From NCBI GenBank assembly GCA_037445065.1, contig JBBILD010000016.1, positions 27,296 through 91,295 on the forward strand: 64,000 bases of DNA, written 5' to 3'. Of this stretch, positions 61,367-64,000 are shown piece by piece (positions within the stretch are counted from its first letter, which is position 1; every line of letters starts with the position of its first letter). The notes beneath the pieces are model-generated. The model saw only the letters and a list, made by a program, of their open reading frames with translations. It did no database searches and had not been told where the DNA came from. This DNA comes from Myxococcales bacterium. GTDB lineage: Bacteria > Desulfobacterota > Binatia > HRBIN30. Position numbers and translations under genes: made by a program.

Positions 61367-64000
61367 ATGAGAGAGAAGATTCTACGCGAAGGGCAGATTC
61401 TCTCCGGCCCCTTGTTCAACGAGCCCATGCGGGTGGAAACCGTGCGGGCAAACGGGCCTGACATCTGGGAGGTCGGCGTGGTCGGCACGCAGTCGGAGCG
61501 GTTCCGCAAGGTGACGCTGACTGCACGTGATCTCGAAAGCCTCGCCGTGCTGGAAGCCCGGTACACGTATAATGGCGACGGGCGCCTCCTCCGGCTCGGT
61601 TTGCAAGCTTACGCACTGGGAATTGCCTACGAGTTCGATCCGTATTTTGGCTTGTCGATTTCCCGTGTCGATCCCCTGCCACATCAGCTCGAGGCCGTTT
61701 ACGACTACCTCCTCAAGCTGCCCCGTATTCGGTTCTTGCTGGCGGATGACGCCGGCGCTGGCAAAACGATCATGGCCGGCTTGCTCATTCGTGAACTCGA
61801 ACTCCGCGGTTTGGCTGAACGCGTTCTGATTGTTTGCCCCGCCAACCTTACCTTCCAATGGCAACGCGAACTCAAGGAGAAGTTCGACGGGAAGTTTCTC
61901 GTCCTCAAGGGTGGCGACATTCGGGACCAGTTCGGTGTGAACCAATGGCTGGAGCACAAGCGGATCATCACGTCGCTCGACCTCGCCAAGCGGCATGAAA
62001 TTCTCCGGGGGTTGCAACAGGTCCATTGGGATCTCGTGATTGTGGATGAGGCGCACCGCATGTCGGCTGCCGACGAAACGCACAAGAGCCTGCGCTACAA
62101 GCTGGGCGAGCTTTTGCGCGACACCACCGACCACATGCTCCTGCTTACTGCAACGCCCCACAAAGGCGACCCCGTCAACTTTAGCCTTTTCCTCCAACTT
62201 CTCGACGCGGACGCTTACGCGGACGTCCGCTCCATCCGCGCGGCCATGGACCGCCGGCGCGCACCGTTCTACCTGCGCCGGACAAAGGAGGCGATGGTTT
62301 ACTTCCCGGAGCGCCGTCCAGATGGCAGCTGGGTCGCAGAGAAGATCTTCACGAAACGCATTCCCCACACGGTAGAATTCCAGATCGATGGTGCGGAGTT
62401 CGACTTGTACCGAGACGTCACCCGCTTCGTAAAACAGCAGAGCGCTAAGGCCGCGGCGCAAGGGGATGACCCGCGTGCTCGGGCGGTCGGCTTCTTGATG
62501 TCCCTCTACCAGCGGCGGCTGGCATCGAGCACGTACGCGATGCGGCGCTCGCTGGAGAACCGTGCCAAGCGCTTGGAGGAGGGCTTGAAGCGTGCCCAGG
62601 ACCTTGTACGCGCGGCGCCCCTGGACCTTCCCGACCCCGATGAGTTGGAAGAGCTAGAGGAAAGCGAGCGCGAGCACCTCGAAGAAACGCTGGAGGCCAT
62701 CACCCTTGCGCGCAACGCCCAGCAGGTGCATGAGGAGATCCAGGAGCTCAAGGCGCTGGCTGAACAGGCCCGAAAGGTCGAGGACTCCGGCGCGGAGGCC
62801 AAGCTCTCGAAGCTGAAGGAACTCCTGCAGCAGGAAGGCTTTTTCGACCACCCGGAGAAGCGGCTGCTGATCTTCACCGAGTTCAAGGACACCCTCGACT
62901 ACCTGGTGGAGCGGCTCAAGTTGTGGGGCTTCCACGTCGGGTGGATCCACGGTGGGATGAAGCCGGGTTCTCGTGATGAGCCAGGCACGCGACTCTATGC
63001 CGAACAGCAGTTCAAAGAGGGAGCCACGCAAATCCTCGTCGCCACCGAAGCGGCCGGCGAGGGGATTAACCTTCAAGTCTGCAACATCCTTTTTAATTAC
63101 GACATCCCGTGGAATCCGAACCGCCTTGAGCAGCGCATGGGCCGCATTCACCGATACGGTCAGCGCAAGAACTGTCTGATCTTCAACTTTGTGGCCACCA
63201 ATACGGTTGAAGGTCGGGTTCTACAGCGGCTTCTGGAGAAGCTGCAGGAGATCCGAGATGCCCTCGATGACGACGCGGTCTTTAACGTGGTCGGCGAGGT
63301 CCTCTCGGCCGCCCACGTGGAACGGGTGCTGCGCGATTATTACGCCGGGCGCCTGGGCGACGCCGACCTCGAGGAACGGCTGCTCAAGAATGTGGACGAA
63401 AGCGAGTTTCGCCGCATCTGTCAGAATGCCCTCGAAGGATTGGCGGCGAAGAAACTGAACCTCGAGATGCTGATTGAGCGCCGGGCACGAGCCCAGGAGC
63501 GGCGCGTGGTGCCTGAGACAATTGCCCGGTTTATCCGCGAGGCGGCCGAGTTCGTGCCCCTTTCCCTCAGGACCTTCCCGCGGCTTCCGCACACATTCGA
63601 ACCGGGTAGGACCCCGGCGGTGTTGCGCCGTTACGAGAGCGATCCGAGCTGGAGGCTGCCACCGCTGGCAGCCAAGTACCCGCGTTGCTCGACAGACCGG
63701 GAGACAGCCGAGACGCACAACCTGGAGTGGGTGACCCCGGGGCACCCATTGTTCGAGGCAATTCGGCGGCACACGTACACGCAGGCGCTCGAGGTCTTCG
63801 GGAAGGGGGCCACGTTTTACTCTCTCCAGCACGATGCGCCCGCGCGAATCGATTTCTACCGGGCCCGCGTCGTCGACGGCCTCGGGCAGGTCATCCACGA
63901 GCGGCTCTTTGCGGTTGAGGTCTCGAACGACGGGGAGCCGTGCCTCCGCGAGCCTAACCTCCTCGGCAACTTCACTGCGGCGGAGCCCCCCGCGACGCTT
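61367..64000 (+). CDS. SNF2-family helicase, truncated by window end (absent from ORF track)
   Basis: MREKILREG...; PLPHQLEAV, LLADDAGAGKT, VDEAHR, LLTATPH, ATEAAGEGINLQ, WNPNRLEQRMGRIHRYGQ all in one frame. Confidence 0.93.
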   Translation, partial: MREKILREGQILSGPLFNEPMRVETVRANGPDIWEVGVVGTQSERFRKVTLTARDLESLAVLEARYTYNGDGRLLRLGLQAYALGIAYEFDPYFGLSISRVDPLPHQLEAVYDYLLKLPRIRFLLADDAGAGKTIMAGLLIRELELRGLAERVLIVCPANLTFQWQRELKEKFDGKFLVLKGGDIRDQFGVNQWLEHKRIITSLDLAKRHEILRGLQQVHWDLVIVDEAHRMSAADETHKSLRYKLGELLRDTTDHMLLLTATPHKGDPVNFSLFLQLLDADAYADVRSIRAAMDRRRAPFYLRRTKEAMVYFPERRPDGSWVAEKIFTKRIPHTVEFQIDGAEFDLYRDVTRFVKQQSAKAAAQGDDPRARAVGFLMSLYQRRLASSTYAMRRSLENRAKRLEEGLKRAQDLVRAAPLDLPDPDELEELEESEREHLEETLEAITLARNAQQVHEEIQELKALAEQARKVEDSGAEAKLSKLKELLQQEGFFDHPEKRLLIFTEFKDTLDYLVERLKLWGFHVGWIHGGMKPGSRDEPGTRLYAEQQFKEGATQILVATEAAGEGINLQVCNILFNYDIPWNPNRLEQRMGRIHRYGQRKNCLIFNFVATNTVEGRVLQRLLEKLQEIRDALDDDAVFNVVGEVLSAAHVERVLRDYYAGRLGDADLEERLLKNVDESEFRRICQNALEGLAAKKLNLEMLIERRARAQERRVVPETIARFIREAAEFVPLSLRTFPRLPHTFEPGRTPAVLRRYESDPSWRLPPLAAKYPRCSTDRETAETHNLEWVTPGHPLFEAIRRHTYTQALEVFGKGATFYSLQHDAPARIDFYRARVVDGLGQVIHERLFAVEVSNDGEPCLREPNLLGNFTAAEPPATL

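Overview
GC-rich diderm bacterial chromosome. Cys-bracketed 'CxGDC' dockerin-like C-terminal domains suggest Candidatus Binatia/Binatota (inference). 1-25.8 kb and 32.6-43.6 kb are mostly intact housekeeping, envelope and lipid genes: mlaFEDAC, DASS transporter, mrp, mltA, aminotransferase, plsB, glcD, class I fumarase, patatin, alkaline phosphatase, an M23 peptidase under a c-di-AMP riboswitch, purB, tRNA-Thr(CGT), a thiolase-fold/DUF35 pair, mutL, a degenerate PGI, rfaE2 and rpmB. 25.8-32.1 kb holds secreted-protein genes and a shattered M4 peptidase. 46.8-64 kb is a partly decayed defence island interleaved with secreted proteins: two damaged HNH genes, an orphan APE2256-family CARF gene, two coiled-coil/Mrr-N paralogues (one dead), a tcmP stub plus DUF5131, an SF1B helicase with topoisomerase Zn ribbons, and an SNF2 helicase running off the end. 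Intergenic gaps carry a modular repeat family (ordered heptamer arrays, GTAG REP hairpins, conserved linkers). Two or three relics of REP-associated tyrosine transposases (RAYT) are present, two of them bracketing the helicase/Mrr-N cassette. No CRISPR array or cas core gene was seen. Family calls come from motif recognition, not database searches.
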